Source: Malacoraja senta
Lineage: Eukaryota
Reading direction: 5' to 3'
Length of the DNA: 64,000 bases
NCBI GenBank assembly: GCA_038087875.1
Contig: JAXLNO010000214.1
Location: forward strand, 1 to 64,000
The position numbers and the translations under genes were made by a program. The notes under the pieces were generated by a model. The model ran no database searches and was not told where the DNA came from. It saw only the letters and a list, made by a program, of their open reading frames with translations. Below are positions 11,614 to 24,711 of the stretch, piece after piece (positions within the stretch are counted from its first letter, which is position 1; every line of letters starts with the position of its first letter).

Positions 11614-13430
11614 CGAGAGAGTGAGTGCGAGAGAAAGAGAAAGAGGGAGAAAAGCGGGGGGTGGAGAGAGAAGAATTGGGAGTGGAGGAGCGAGAGAGAG
11701 GGAGAGAGTAGAAGGCCTGGGAGAGCGAGAGAGCGAGACGGGGAGTGGAGGAAGTGAGAGATGGGATCTCGTCTGAAGAACGGTCTCGACCCGAATCATG
11801 TCCCATTCATTCTCCCCAGAAATGCTGCATGTCCCGCTGAGTTCCGCCAGTATTGTGTCTATGTTAAGCCAAGTTATGTCGTGCCCAGGTTAATAAACTG
11901 TGCTCAACATATGATGAGCGTTTGTCGGCATTGGACCTGTACTCACTGAAGTTCAGAAGAACGAGGGGGGACCTCATTGAAACAAAGTTTGTGACATTTG
12001 GACACGTACATGGATAAGACAAGTTTAAAGGGATATATACAGGTGCCCTCCCCTAATTCTCTCATTTACAGGGGAAAAGATTTAATAGGAACATGAGGGG
12101 CAACTTTTCCACACAGAGGGTGGTGGGTTTTATGGAATAGCAGCCTGAATATGTGGTTGAGACAGGGACTATCACATCGTTTGGACAGGTACATGGATAG
12201 CACAGGTTTGTAGGGATATGGGCCAAACGCGGGCAGGTGGGATAAGTGTAAATGGAGCATTTTGGTTCGTGTGAGCAAGTTGACCGAAGGGCCTGTTTCC
12301 GTTGTATTACTTCCACAACCCTCACCCCCTCCGTCACCCTCTTGATCTCCCCATCATTCTCCCCCCTCCTCCACTCCCCCTCCCCGTCTCTCCCTCCCTC
12401 TCCCCGTTTCTCACTCGCTCTCTCTCCGTCTCTCCTCCCTCCCCATTTCTCTCTCTCTCCTCTCTTCCTCTTCTCCCCCTCCCTCTCCTCTTCTCTCGCT
12501 CGCCCCATCCATGTCTCTCTCTCATCCCAGTCTCTCTCTCCCCGTCTCTCTCTACTTCCCCCTCTCGCTCTCCCGTCTCTCATTCCCTCCTCTATCTTTG
12601 GCACCTCTCTTTCTCCCGTCTCTCCATCCCTACCCTCCGTCTCCATCTCTAGACCTCTCTCTCTCTCCTCTCGGTACATCCCTCCCTGTACTCCTCTCTC
12701 TCTCGCCCCATCACTTTCTCTCTCTGACTTTTTCTGTCAGACACTCCCTCCTTCCTGCTGCGACAAACGCCGAGACGCAGAGCGAGAGTGAGTGACGAGG
12801 AGAGGGAGAGACAGACGGGAGGGGGTGAGAGAGACGGGGAGGGTAAAAGAGAGAGAGAGACGATTGGAGGGGAGGGGAGGGTGTGAAAGATTTGAGACGT
12901 AGATTTTGTTCGACCGAGTCCGAGTACGAGTTCGAGATCATGTTCGAGATACAGTTAGTTCGAATTCGAGTTCCAGATAGAGTTCGAGTTCTAGTTCAAT
13001 TTGGAGTTCGAGCTCGAGTTCGAGTTGAATGAATGAATGAATGAATGAATGAATGAATGAATTTACTGGCCAAGTATTCACATACAAGGAATTTGCCTTG
13101 GTGCTCCGCCCGCAAGTCGAACTCCAACTCGAGTTTATCGAGTTCGAGATAGAGTACGAGTTCGAGATCGAGATCGAGATACAGATAGAGTTCGAGTTCG
13201 AGTTGAATGAATGGATGAAAGAATGAATGAATGAATGAATGAATGAATGAATGAATACATTTATTGGCCAACTATTCACAAACAAGGAATTTGCTTTGGT
13301 GGTCCGTCAGCAAGTCGAAGTCCAACTCGAGTTCGAGTTCGAGTTCGAGATCGTATTCGAGTTCGAGTTCGAATTCGAGTTCGAGATAGAGTGCGAGTTC
13401 GAGCGAAAGTTCGAGAGAGTTCGAGTTCGA

Positions 13431-14114
13431 TTTTATTTTAATTTTATTTTAATTTTATTCTTTATTTCGAACAGAATAAAATAATAAAAAGCAAGTGTGA
13501 AACAGGATACAAAAAAACAAAAGAAGAATATTTATAAAGTGTCATAAACAATATCTATAAATCAATGAAATCGTATGTGTCCGAAAAGGAGCAGGAAGAA
13601 GCCAAAGCTTATTATTTCCCACCCCCTTATTCAACTGCTTATAATTATTTTATACACATTTAGCAGCTATATGTACGCCATATGTACACCAGCAGCTTAT
13701 ATGTACACCATATGTACACCAGCAGCTATTATTTACATTTATACACTAATCAAATATCTACAAAGCCATAAAAAAAGAGAGAAAAAGAAAAGAAAAACCG
13801 TCATATACTATACAGTATCCCTTAGTCATATATACAACCATCACCCTATAATCACCTTTCCGATTCAGTATAACAAATATCCCACTCACAATCACCTATC
13901 CTCATCCCAATATCCTTTGGAAAAAGTGTTTTTGTACATCTTTTTAAACTGAATTATGTTTGTGCTAACCTTTATCTCCTCTTCCAGACCATCCCACAAA
14001 TTCACCCGACAGATTGCAATGCACATAATTTTAAGAGTTGTTCTGACATTGAATTTTTAAAAAATATTTTCCCCTCTCAATTATACCCACCCTGTCTTTC
14101 CATAAACAGTTTTT
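13431..14114 (-). mobile_element. CR1-group (Crack/Daphne-like) LINE 3' fragment
   Basis: Minus strand FNVRTTLKIMCIAICRVNLWDGLEEEIKVSTNIIQFKKMYK* followed by an AT-rich 3' UTR and (taaaa)n tail. Confidence 0.65.
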
Positions 14115-14309
14115 CTCGAGTTCAAGATCAAGTTCGAGCTCGAGTTCGAATTGAATGAATGAATGAATGAATGAACACGTTTCTTGGCCTAGTACTCACA
14201 TACAGGGAAGTTGCCTTGGTGCTCCGCCCGCAAGTCGAACTCAAACTCGAGTTCGAGATCGAGTTCGAGTTCGAGATAGAGAACGAGTTTGCATTCGAGT
14301 TAGTTCGAG

Positions 14310-15776
14310 TTCAAGAATTAAGAATCAAGAGAGTATATTGTCATGTGTCCCTGATAGACAATGAAATTCTTGCTTTGCTTCAGCACAACAGAACATAGTA
14401 GGCATTGACTACAAAACAGATCAGTGTGTCCATATACCATTATCTACGTAAAAAGTACAAATAACAGATAATGGACTAACAGTGTTCAGAGTTTTGTCCG
14501 AGCCAAGTTTAAAAGCCTGATGGCTTTGGGGAAGTAGCTATTCCTGAACCTGGTCATTGGAGTCTTCAGGCTCCTGTACCTTCTACCTGAAGGTAGTGGG
14601 GAGATGAGTGTGTGGCCAGGGTGATGTGGTTCCTTGATGATGTTGCCAGCCTTTTTGAGGCAGCGACCTGCGATAGATCCCCTCTATGGAAGGGAGGTCA
14701 GAGCCGATGATGGACTGGGCAGTGTTTACTACTTTTGTAGTATTTTCCTCTCCAGGGCGCTCAAGTTGCCCCACGATGCAACCGGTCAGCATGCTCTCTA
14801 CTGTGCACCTGTAGAAGTTCGAGAGCGTCCTCCTTGACAAACTGACCCTCCGTAATCTTCTCAGGAAATAGAGGCGCTGATGTGCTTTCTTAATAATTGC
14901 ATCAGTGTTCTCGAACCAGGAAAGATCTTCAGAGATGTTCACGCCAAAGAATTAGAAGCTCTTGACCCTTTCAACCATCGACCCAAACGGGACTGTGGGT
15001 CCCCATCCTACTCCTTCAAAGTCCACAATCAGTTCCTCGGTTTTGCTGGTGTTGAGGGCCAAGTTATTGTGCTGGCACCATATGGACAGTTGCTCGATCT
15101 CTCTTCTATACTCTGACTCATCCCCATCAATGATACGTCCCACAACAGTGGTGTCGTCAGCGAATTTGATGATGGAGTTCGCACTATGACTGGCTACACA
15201 GTCGTGAGTATAGAGTGAGTACAGCAGGGGGCTGAGCACGCAGCCTTGAGGTGCTCCCGTGCTGATTGTTATCCAGTCTGACACATTTCCACCAATACGA
15301 ACATACTGTGGTCTGTGAATGAGGAAGTCGAGGATCCAATTGCAGAGGGATGCGCAGAGACCCAGTTCTGCGAGTTTGGTAGCCAGCTTGGAGGGGATGA
15401 TTGTATTAAATGCCGAGCTGTAATCAATGATTAACAGCCTGACATATGAATTTGTGTTGTCCAAGTGGTCCAGAGCGGAGTGGAGGGCCAGAGAAATCGC
15501 ACCACCGTTGATCTGTTGTGGCAGTAATCGAACTGCAGGTGGTCCAGATTTTTGTCGAGGTAGGAGTTGATTTGCGCCATGATCAACCTCTCAAAGCACT
15601 TCATCACCACAGGCGTTAGTGCCACTGGTCGATAGTCATTGAGGCACGTCACTTACTCATCTTGGGCACCGATATAATTGATGCCCTTTTGAAGCAGGTG
15701 GGAACCTCGGACCTCAGAAGTGAGAGGTTGAAAATATCCCTAAAAAGTCCAGCCAGTTGGTCCGCACAGGTTTTTT
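14310..15776 (-). mobile_element. Rex1/Babar LINE, 5'-truncated (RT + 3' end)
   Basis: [75 protein letters not shown]; tcttga-like tail. Confidence 0.93.
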
Positions 15777-16033
15777 CGAACACGGCCAGTTCGAATTGGA
15801 GTTGGATTTCGAGATAGTTCGAGTTCGAGTTAGAGCTCGAGTTCAATGAATGAATGAATGAATGAATACATTTATGGGCCAAGTATTCTCATACAAGGAA
15901 TTTGCCTTGGTGCTCCGCCAGCAAATCGAAATAAAGTACGTGTTCGAGTTCGATTTCGAGATAGAGTTCGAGTTCAGGTTGAGTGAATGAATACGAATAC
16001 GAGTACGAGAGAGAGAGAGATAGAGATACATAG

Positions 16034-16121
<88 letters not shown>

Positions 16122-16590
16122 CTGGCTGTGTTTTTTCAGCTCTGCAGTTGAGAAGGATTCAAACAGCTTTTCAAGGACGTTGTCGAAGGGGAAGGAACAG
16201 AGGCAGAGGGGCTTCATGGTCTAACTTATTGTTGGACTGGTGAAACTTTTCTCTGCTCTAGGAATTCTCCACAAGTGCGGACATTCCGGAGATATTTTTC
16301 CATTGTCGAGGGTGCGGTTGTCGTTGGCGGACTGCCAAGAGTGGAGGCAACGGGAAAAAAGGCATTTTGCTCCGGCGGATGTCGGGTTTAATGTGAAGAT
16401 GGTACTGTTGAGTCCGGAAAGAATGGGATAGAGCTTCCCAAAAGCTGCTGTCGGCTGTGGACGTCTTGGGGATTTTCTGGCTGTAGCTGGAGGCTTCAGA
16501 GTTCTGCTACTTGTTGACTGTGACTATTTGAAGGAGTTAACGTGGAGCTGAGCTGCCGGGGCGATTGGAGCTGGTTGTGCCTCTGTCAGG

Positions 16591-18847
16591 ATGGCGAAGG
16601 CTGGGGCGAGGCCGAAGAACAGGAGTTACGCAGTGGCGGCATCAGAGGCGGATGCGAGGACAGTGGAGCATGAGCCTTATGTGAACTTGAATTGGGGCAA
16701 GTTTGGTATCTCGGTCCAAACTGGGCCCCAGATGTCTAGGGGTGCAATTACCAAGGCCGTGAATGACCTTATTGGGGGGCGGCCTGTTGTCTCTTCCGAG
16801 CTTGTAAGAGGCAAGGTGGAGATGATTTTGAAGACCGAGGAGGGTGTGAAAATGGCGTTGGAGAGGGGGATATCAGTGGGGGGGATCCAATTACAGGTGG
16901 ATCCGTGGTTATCGAGGGTGAGACCGGTTCTCCTGCGGAGTTGCCCCACATTTATTTCGGATGCTGCACTTATGCCACACCTGTCTACGATTGGGGAGGT
17001 GAGGTCTAAGTGCTTTAGGCTCAGGCACCTCGGGGGGGACCCGAGGAAAGAGGGATCTTGAGTTTTAAGAGGAGGGTGTTCATGAAGGTGGGTGAGGGCG
17101 AAGGCGAGGAGGGGAGCTTTGAGGTGGATTGTCAGGGTCTCTATAGAACCGTGTATTGGAGTTGGGGGAAGGCACGGTGTCATGAGTGTGGAGCATATGG
17201 ACATTTCCGTAACGAGTGTCTTTCTCGCAGGGGCGTTGCTAGAAGTTCTAGCGTAGTGGCCCAGGATGGCAATGCTGGCCCATCCGGGGTGGTACATCAT
17301 GCCTCGGTGGCGCGGGCTGGCACTGCTGACCTGGCTAGGGCGGCTAGCTCTACCTCGGGGATCCGGGCGGAAGTGATAGGCCATCTGGGTCTGAAAGTTC
17401 TGCTTTGGGGACCCGGGGCGGGGAAGGCCTTAGGCCCCTGCGTCCTGAGACTGTGGAGGTGGTGGTGGCTAATGGTGAGGGGGAGGGAGAGGGTGGAGAG
17501 GGGGAGGATGAAGACGGGGAGGGGAAGTGGGAGGTGAAGAAGGGGAGGAAGAAGAAGGGAAAGGGCCATCCGGAGAGTAAAAATATGCATGTTAGTTCTA
17601 GTGAGGTCCAGAGTGTGCTTGATGTGGCCCAGCAAGGCGATGAGATCGCTCAGACGGGGGAAGGGTTGGTAAAGGGTGCGGGGGGTATAGTGGATGGGGG
17701 TAGGGAGGGGGTGGAAGACCCTTCCTTTATGGAGGTCACCGTACTGCCGCATGCTAGTGGGGTGAAAAGGAATAGGCCTGGCGAGGAAGAGGAAGGGCGT
17801 GAGGCGAAAATTAGGGCAGGTGAGGGGGTTGATTCCGCTGGAGATGTGTCCTCTGGGCGGGGGGCTGTCTCTTCATTTCAGGGGCCCTCTGAGGGAGTTA
17901 TCTCATCGGGTGGTGAGGTGAGCTCCCCTGGGGGGGTGTCCTCTGGGTCGGAGGATGTCCCCTCGTTTCAGAGGCCTCTTGAGGGTGATGGAACGCCAGA
18001 GGATGGGGTATGTGCCCCTGGTAGGGGGGCCCCTGAGATGGAGGATGAGCAGAGTCAGCCTGAGGGGGGTGGTTCGGGGGCTGTGGTGTTCCAGTCTATG
18101 CTGCACATCAGTGCCAGTGGTGGTAATGGGGGGTGTGCTGCATCGCCGGATGAGGTGGAAGGGGAGAGGCTAAAAGTAAGAGGCGAGCCTCTGGGTGTTG
18201 CTAGTGGTGGGGATGCTATAGGTGGTGTGGAGGTCGGGGATAGTTTGGGTGGTGATGTCCCTTTAGTTTCAAGGGGTGTCAGTGTATCCCAGGCCCTGGG
18301 GGAGCCTAGTGTTTTTGCTTCCCCAGGCCAAGGCGTGGAGGGTGAGGGTAGCGTGCAGGGGCCAAGCCAGTCAGGGGGATGCTTGTTGCAGTTGGGGGTT
18401 TCGGGGCCCTTACCTGGCAGTGATCCTGGGGGTGGTGTCTTGCAGGAGGAGGGGGAGGGTGAATCGGAAAGTTTGGGTAGTGGGGGTGGAGAGCTTTTGG
18501 AGAGCTCTGGGCGTTCAGTTACAGAAAGAGACCTTGAACGTTGTGATGTGGAGTCTGATGGTGCAGGTGCAAGTGCGTTGGCCGAGTGCCCAGACTCCAA
18601 GGCCGAGGCTCTTGATTGTGAGATAAAGGTGGTTCGAGAGTTTCTCAGAACAAGCCGCTCCGCAAGAACAAGAGTGGATGCTGCTAGTAGGCGGTGGAAG
18701 GATCTGCCTGGTTTGATTCCGATTCTCGAGGATATTCTTGGCAGCAGGGAGAGTGATCTTACTGACGTAGAGGTGGGGCAGTTTGGGGACTTTTTGGGAT
18801 TACTCAGAGAGAAATTTGTTGTGTCTACGGGGACTGAGGGGGTTTAA
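16591..18847 (+). pseudogene. Tx1 ORF1 (gag-like, zinc knuckle), frameshifted
   Basis: ORFs 16591-17061, 17058-17537 (CHECGAYGHFRNEC), 17405-18847; homologous to the minus-strand copy at 25524-27890. Confidence 0.85.
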
Positions 18848-18851
18848 TAAA

Positions 18852-21800
18852 GTGGGCCTTTACATTCACCGTCGCAACATTAAACTTAAACGGAGTAGAT
18901 CGAGTTTTCGTAGATTTCAGCTTTTATCAGGCCTTAAAGAGGGGAGATTTGCAGTGTGTTTTCTGCAGGAGACGCACACAGTTGTTAGTGATGAACCTAC
19001 CTGGAGACTGGAGTGGGAAGGGGGGGGTTTACATGAGCCATCTCAGCTCAAATTCGAGTGGGGTGGCCTTTCTGTTGGCCCAGAATTTCCTGCCAACGAT
19101 TTTAAAAGTGAATGAAGTTGTGCCTGGACGTTTGCTCCATCTGGCAGTGAGCTTGGATGGCATGCCGTTGCATTTCATTAACGTGTATGCCCTAGCTCCG
19201 GTACGATGCAGGCTGGCCTAATTCAGGAGGTGACTGCTCTGTTGAGCACTATTGATAGGGGAGAGTGTGTTTTCCTTGGTGGGGACTTTAATTGCACACT
19301 TGAGGCGGGAGATCGTTCTGGTACTCAGTGTGCCCCTGCTGTAGCGAAGAAGTTGAGAGGGATGATTGAATCCTTTGAGTTGGTTGATGCATGGCGGAAC
19401 CTCCATCCGGATTCCAATGCTTTTTCGCGGAGGTATGAGGGTGGTGGTTCCCGTATTGACAGAATATATATTTCCCGAGCGTTTGTTGGCCGTGTCTCAG
19501 AGGCTTCAATGCGGGTGGTGCCATGCTCGGATCACTGTCTGGTGCGTGTGGACTTTAATCCGGCGCGCGCTAGGGCTGGGTCCGCGTACTGGCACTTTAA
19601 CAACCGGTTGCTGGAGGATCGGTGTTTCCGGGAGTCATTCAGTAGGTTTTAGGGGAAGTGGAGAGAGGGGCGGAGGTGCTTCTCTTCCCTTAGGCAGTGG
19701 TGGGATGTGGGGAAGGCTCACATTCGTCTATTTTGTAAGGAGTATACGTGGGGGTCGACAGGACGGAGGGACTCAGCGGTCGCGAGGCTTGAGAGGGAGC
19801 TACAGGGTGCAGAGTCTCGCCTGGGTCGGGATGGTGAGGACTCCTGTGAATGGGGAGAGTTTCAGGAGAAGAAGGAAGCCTTGAGGAATCTGCTGCTTGA
19901 GCGGTCCCGAGGCGCTTTCGTGAGGGCGCGGGTACAGATGATGCAAGATCTGGACCGAGCGTCGCCTTTCTTTTTCTCTTTGGAGAAAGGGAGGGGAGCC
20001 TGCAAGCAGCTCGTAGAGCTGCTCGCAGATGATGGCTCCTCTGTCACTGATCCGGAGAGAATCAGTGAGGAGGTTAGGTCATTTTATGGGTCCCTGTTCT
20101 CCGCAGGGGGGTATAACGGGGAGGCTCAGAAGGAATTGTGGGAGGTCTACCGACTATTGATAGGGAGGTGGCCGATCTTCTTGATGGCTCCTTATCTTTG
20201 GAGGAGGTGACTTGTGCATTGTTTCAGCTCAGGAAGGGTAAGTCACCCGGGATGGATGGGTTGACGGTGGAGTTTGTCAGAGCTTTCTGGGATATCCTGG
20301 GGGGTGATTACATGTTGGTGCTGGGGGAGAGTCTGGCGGCCGGGGCGATGCCCCTATCGTGGCGTAGGGCAGTTGTTGTCTTGCTGCCCAAGAAGGGCGA
20401 ACTCCGCGTGTTGAAGAACTGGAGGCCGGTATCTCTCCTATGTACAGAGTATAAAGTATTTGCACGGGCAATGGCTAATCGCCTGGGCCCTGTGCTGTCT
20501 CAAATGATTCATCTTGACCAGTCTTATACAGTCCCTGGCAGGTCCATTCAGGATAACATCCACCTGGTTAGGGACCTGATTCATATAGTTCAGGGCACTG
20601 GTCAGTCAGCTGCTTTTCTGTCTCTTGATCAGGAGAAGGCTTTTGATAGGGTAGAGCATGATTACCTATTCGGGACGTTGCAAGCGTTTGGATTTGGACC
20701 GCATTTTGTGGCCCGGGTCCGGCTTCTGTACGCTGCAGCGGAGTGCCTGGTGAAGGTTAATGGTGCGTTGTTGGCTCCCTTTCAGTTTGGGAGGGGGGTC
20801 CGTCAGGGGTGCCCCATGTCGGGTAAGTTGTACTCGGTCTGTGTGGAGCCGTTCCTGTGTCTTCATCGGAGGAGGTTGACAGGCCTGGCCCTACCTGGGC
20901 CGGGGGTAGAGGTGGTTCTTTCAGCGTATGCAGATGATGTACTTCTTATGTTCACTGATCCTGGTGACCTGCGGAGGATGCGTGACTGCCAGGAGATTTT
21001 CTCAGCTGCATCTTCTGCAAGGATTAACTGGAGTAAGTGTTCTGGTCTTTTAGTGGGTCAGTGGCAGGTGGATTCCCTGCCGGAGGAGATGGCAAGGTAT
21101 GTGTGGAGCACTACACATCTCCTCTATCTGGGGGTTTACCTGAGTCCCACTGAGGATGCTTGGCCGGCGAACTGGCAGGAGTTGGAGACGAAGGTGGTTG
21201 CCCGGCTGGGGCGCTGGTCGGGCTTGCTTGGAGTTCTTTCTTTCCGGGGGTGGGTGCTGGTCTTAAACCAGCTGGTGGCCTCTATGTTATGGTACCGGCT
21301 GGCTACTCTTGTCCCACCTTCCATATTTGTAAATGCTCTTCAGAAGAAGCTGGTAGAGTTCTTCTGGGGGAATAGGAAGCACTGGGTCTCTGCAGCGGTC
21401 CTGAGTCTCCCGTTAGAGGAGGGCGGTCAGTCCTTGGTATGCGTGCGTACCCAGGTGGCGGCTCTCCGTCTCAGGACTCTGCGGAGGTATATGTATGTAG
21501 AGAATCCCCCCAGATGGCACGCTCTGGCCACGTATTTTTTTCGTCGTGGTCGTTGCCTAGGGGGGTCTCGCGGCTCCCGGTGGCGGGCATCAGTAGACCC
21601 GCCCTAAGGGGTTTGCCTGTTTTCTACCGGGATGTGATCAGAGTGAGGAATTTGGTTGTTTTCAGTCAGCGTGTTGTTCTACGAGGGGAGGGGGATGGTG
21701 CGGCTGCGGGAGTGGCCGGTCCTCGCCCAGTCATGGCGGGTGTCGAGGAGAGGCGAGTGCCTAGAGTGGTTCTGGCTGAGCTTTCAATTGCTCCGTCAGA

Positions 21801-22562
21801 TCTGCTCATCGGGCCAAGGCTCCGGGATATATCTCGGGAACCGGCTCCACACAACCTGAGCCGCCTTTCTGAGATGATCAGCATACCGTTTCGTGATGCG
21901 AAGAGACGCACATTGTATAGGATGTTCCTGCACATTCTGCACCTCCTTGTCTTTGTTTCCCGTCCTGACACACCGTGGCGGACGGTGTTACCACCTGATG
22001 GTGGGGGGGGGGGGGTCCCTGGTGGGGGTCCTTCTATACGGGAGTTGTCCCCCTTTACATTGGGGACCTGGGGTGGAGACTGTTGCATGGAGCGGTGGTT
22101 TGTAATAAACTTTTGAGTCGGTTCACGGGTTCGTCCGCCGCGTGTATTTTCTGTGGCGAGGAAGAAACTGTGTTCCACGTATACATGGAGTGTGAGAGGT
22201 TACTGCCCCTGTACCAATATCTGAAGGGGTTGTTCCTTAAGTTTTGGTTGCATTTTAGTCCCACGATTCTAGTGTGTGGGCATAAAGTAGGGTGTGGGGA
22301 GAGTCAAGTGGGGGGTTGGGACCTCCCTGTCGGTTTGCTCCTGGGCCTGGTTAAGATGGCCATTCGTGGGTCCAGGCAGCGGGCGGTCGATGGTGAGGCG
22401 AGAGTTGGCTGCCTGCCCCTCTTCCGGGCGTACGTCCGTGCACGGGTGTCCCTGGAGCGGGAATATGCGGTGTCCACGGGGACTCTGGAGGCCTTCCGTG
22501 GGCGATGGTCACCGCGTGGGGTGGAGAGTATAATAAATAATGAATGTAATGTTGTACTATAA
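18852..22562 (+). pseudogene. Tx1 ORF2 (APE endonuclease, RT, C-terminal Cys motif), several frameshifts and a TAG at ~19650
   Basis: TLNLNG..FLQETH, GGDFNC, SRIDR, SDH, KSPGMDGL, NWRPVSLL, SLDQEKAFDRV, GVRQGCPMSG, AYADDV, CIFCGEEETVFHVYMEC. Confidence 0.92.
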
Positions 22563-22668
22563 TGATGTGGTTTGATATAATGTATCTTTTGATTATGTAT
22601 TGATGTGATGTATTATTGAGTGTGTTGAATAAAGTTTTTGAAAAGAAAAAAAATAAATTAAAAAAAAA

Positions 22669-22699
<31 letters not shown>

Positions 22700-23448
22700 A
22701 AATCGGGGGTGGAGAGAGAAGGATGGGGAGTGGAGGAGAGAGAGAGATGGAGAGAGTAGAAGGCCTGCGAGAGGGGGAGAGCGAGACGGGAGTGGAGGAA
22801 TTGAGAGATGGGATCTCGTCTGAAGAATGGTCTCGACCCGAATCATGTCCCATTCATTCGCCCCAGAAATGCTGCATGTCCCGCTGAGGTCCGACAGAAT
22901 TGTGTTTGTCTATACTAATGCAAGTTATGTCGTGCCCAGGTTAATAAACTGTGCTCAACATATGATGAGCGTTTGTCGGCACTGGACCTGTACTCACTGA
23001 AGTTCAGAAGAACGAGGGGGGACCTCCTAACCCGTCCTTCTCCCTCACCTCCCCGTCTCTCTCTCCCTCAATGTCTCTCTCTCCCGCCCAGTCTCTCTCA
23101 CCCTCCCTGTCTCTCTCTCCCTCCCCAGCCCACTCTCTCTCCCTACCGGTCTCTCTCTCTCCCAACCCGTTGTGTCTCTCTCCCTCCCAGTCTCTCTCGC
23201 TTCCTCCACATCTCTCTTCCTTCCCAACCTATCTCTCTCCCACCCCTCCGAGTCTCTCACCCGCCCGTATCCCGCTCACTACCTTTCCCACCTCTCTCTC
23301 TACCTCCGGTACCAATCTCTCTCTCCATCTCCGTTTCTCTCCCTTCCTCCCCTCTACGTCTCTCTTTCTCGCCCTCTCTCCATCTCTATCTCCTCCGCTC
23401 CCTTCTCTCACTCCCCCCCCTTCCCCGTGTCTCTCTCCCTACCCGTCT

Positions 23449-23645
<197 letters not shown>

Positions 23646-23658
23646 TCATGTACCACTA

Positions 23659-24500
23659 GGGGCGCCGCACTGAAGGCAGCCTCTGCCTACAGTCTGTTTG
23701 TTTTTCAATATTATTATTATTTTTAGTTAGTTTTAAAGTATGTGTCTTTAGTTTCTCTAACTTTTCTATGTGGGGGAGGGGGTAGGGTAAGGGGGGAACT
23801 GTTTCCCAGTTACTTCCTGGCGAGGACGCGACTAGTCTCCGAGTCGCGTCCTCGCCCCCCTCCTCGCGGCCTACCACCTGGTTTGGAGCCGCCTTTCCTG
23901 CCGGGGACCGGACCAGAGCTCCAGCAGTGGCGGCGCAACGCTGGTTTAACAGCGGAGCGGGCGATGCCTTACCTGGGATCGCCGTGGAGGCTCCGGAATG
24001 CTGGGCCTGCTGCATCAACAGCGGAGCTGCAGAGCTTCCAGCGCGGCCGGCGCTGTCTTCAACATTGCGGAGACCTGGGGCCATTTGCCGAGGGCCGCCA
24101 GCGTTGAATGTCCGCCCGGTGCGGTCTGTGGACTTCGGAAGCCGCGGACTCTGGTAGGAGGTGGCCGTTTCGGATGTCCAAGCTGCGGAGGATGCCCTCC
24201 AGTCCCGACGTCGGACTTCCATCACCCCGGCGAGCGGGCTTGAACATCGGGCCGCCCGTAGTGGCGACAGCGGGGGCTTGGGAGCCCCCCAACCACGGGA
24301 GTACAACAGAGGAGCACGACTGAATTTTGGAGCCTTCCCTCACAGTGGGAAACTTTGATCCCGCTGTGTGGGGATGTCTGTGTTAAAAACTATCGTGTTC
24401 TGTGCTCTTTATTATTCGTATGGCAGTATGGCGACCACACATTTCACTGTACCAATTGGTACATGTGACAAATAAATGTATCTTGTATCTTATCTTGTAT
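23659..24500 (+). mobile_element. Short non-coding Rex1-like retroelement (second family) in (TC)n
   Basis: Same layout as 6638-7684: ggcgcc..gcct.cagtc head, T-rich block, GC-rich body, 3' palindrome tgtaccaattggtaca (24448-24463), tgacaaataaa and (tatct)n tail. Confidence 0.65.
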
Positions 24501-24508
24501 CTCTCTCA

Positions 24509-24541
<33 letters not shown>

Positions 24542-24628
24542 TCTCCCTCTCCCCGTCTCTCTCTCCCTCACCGTCTCTCTCCCTCCTCGTTCCTCGCTCT
24601 CCCTCCACATCTCTCCCTCTCCCTTCCT

Positions 24629-24706
<78 letters not shown>

Positions 24707-24711
<5 letters not shown>

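Larger units (their letters stand above)
12908..16008. repeat. Composite satellite: (GAGTTC)n + (GAAT)n + ~60-bp LINE-like 3' end, interrupted by two LINEs
   Basis: Four copies of (gaat)n-ttta.tggccaagtattcacatacaaggaatttgccttggtgctccgcc.gcaagtcgaa at ~13027, ~13205, ~14152, ~15845, embedded in gagttc hexamers. Confidence 0.85.
16121..22673 (+). mobile_element. Full-length Tx1-clade (L1 group) non-LTR retrotransposon inserted in (GA)n
   Basis: 5' UTR, ORF1 with CCHC knuckle, ORF2 EN-RT-zinc motif, AATAAA + A-rich tail; (GA)n on both flanks. Confidence 0.93.
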
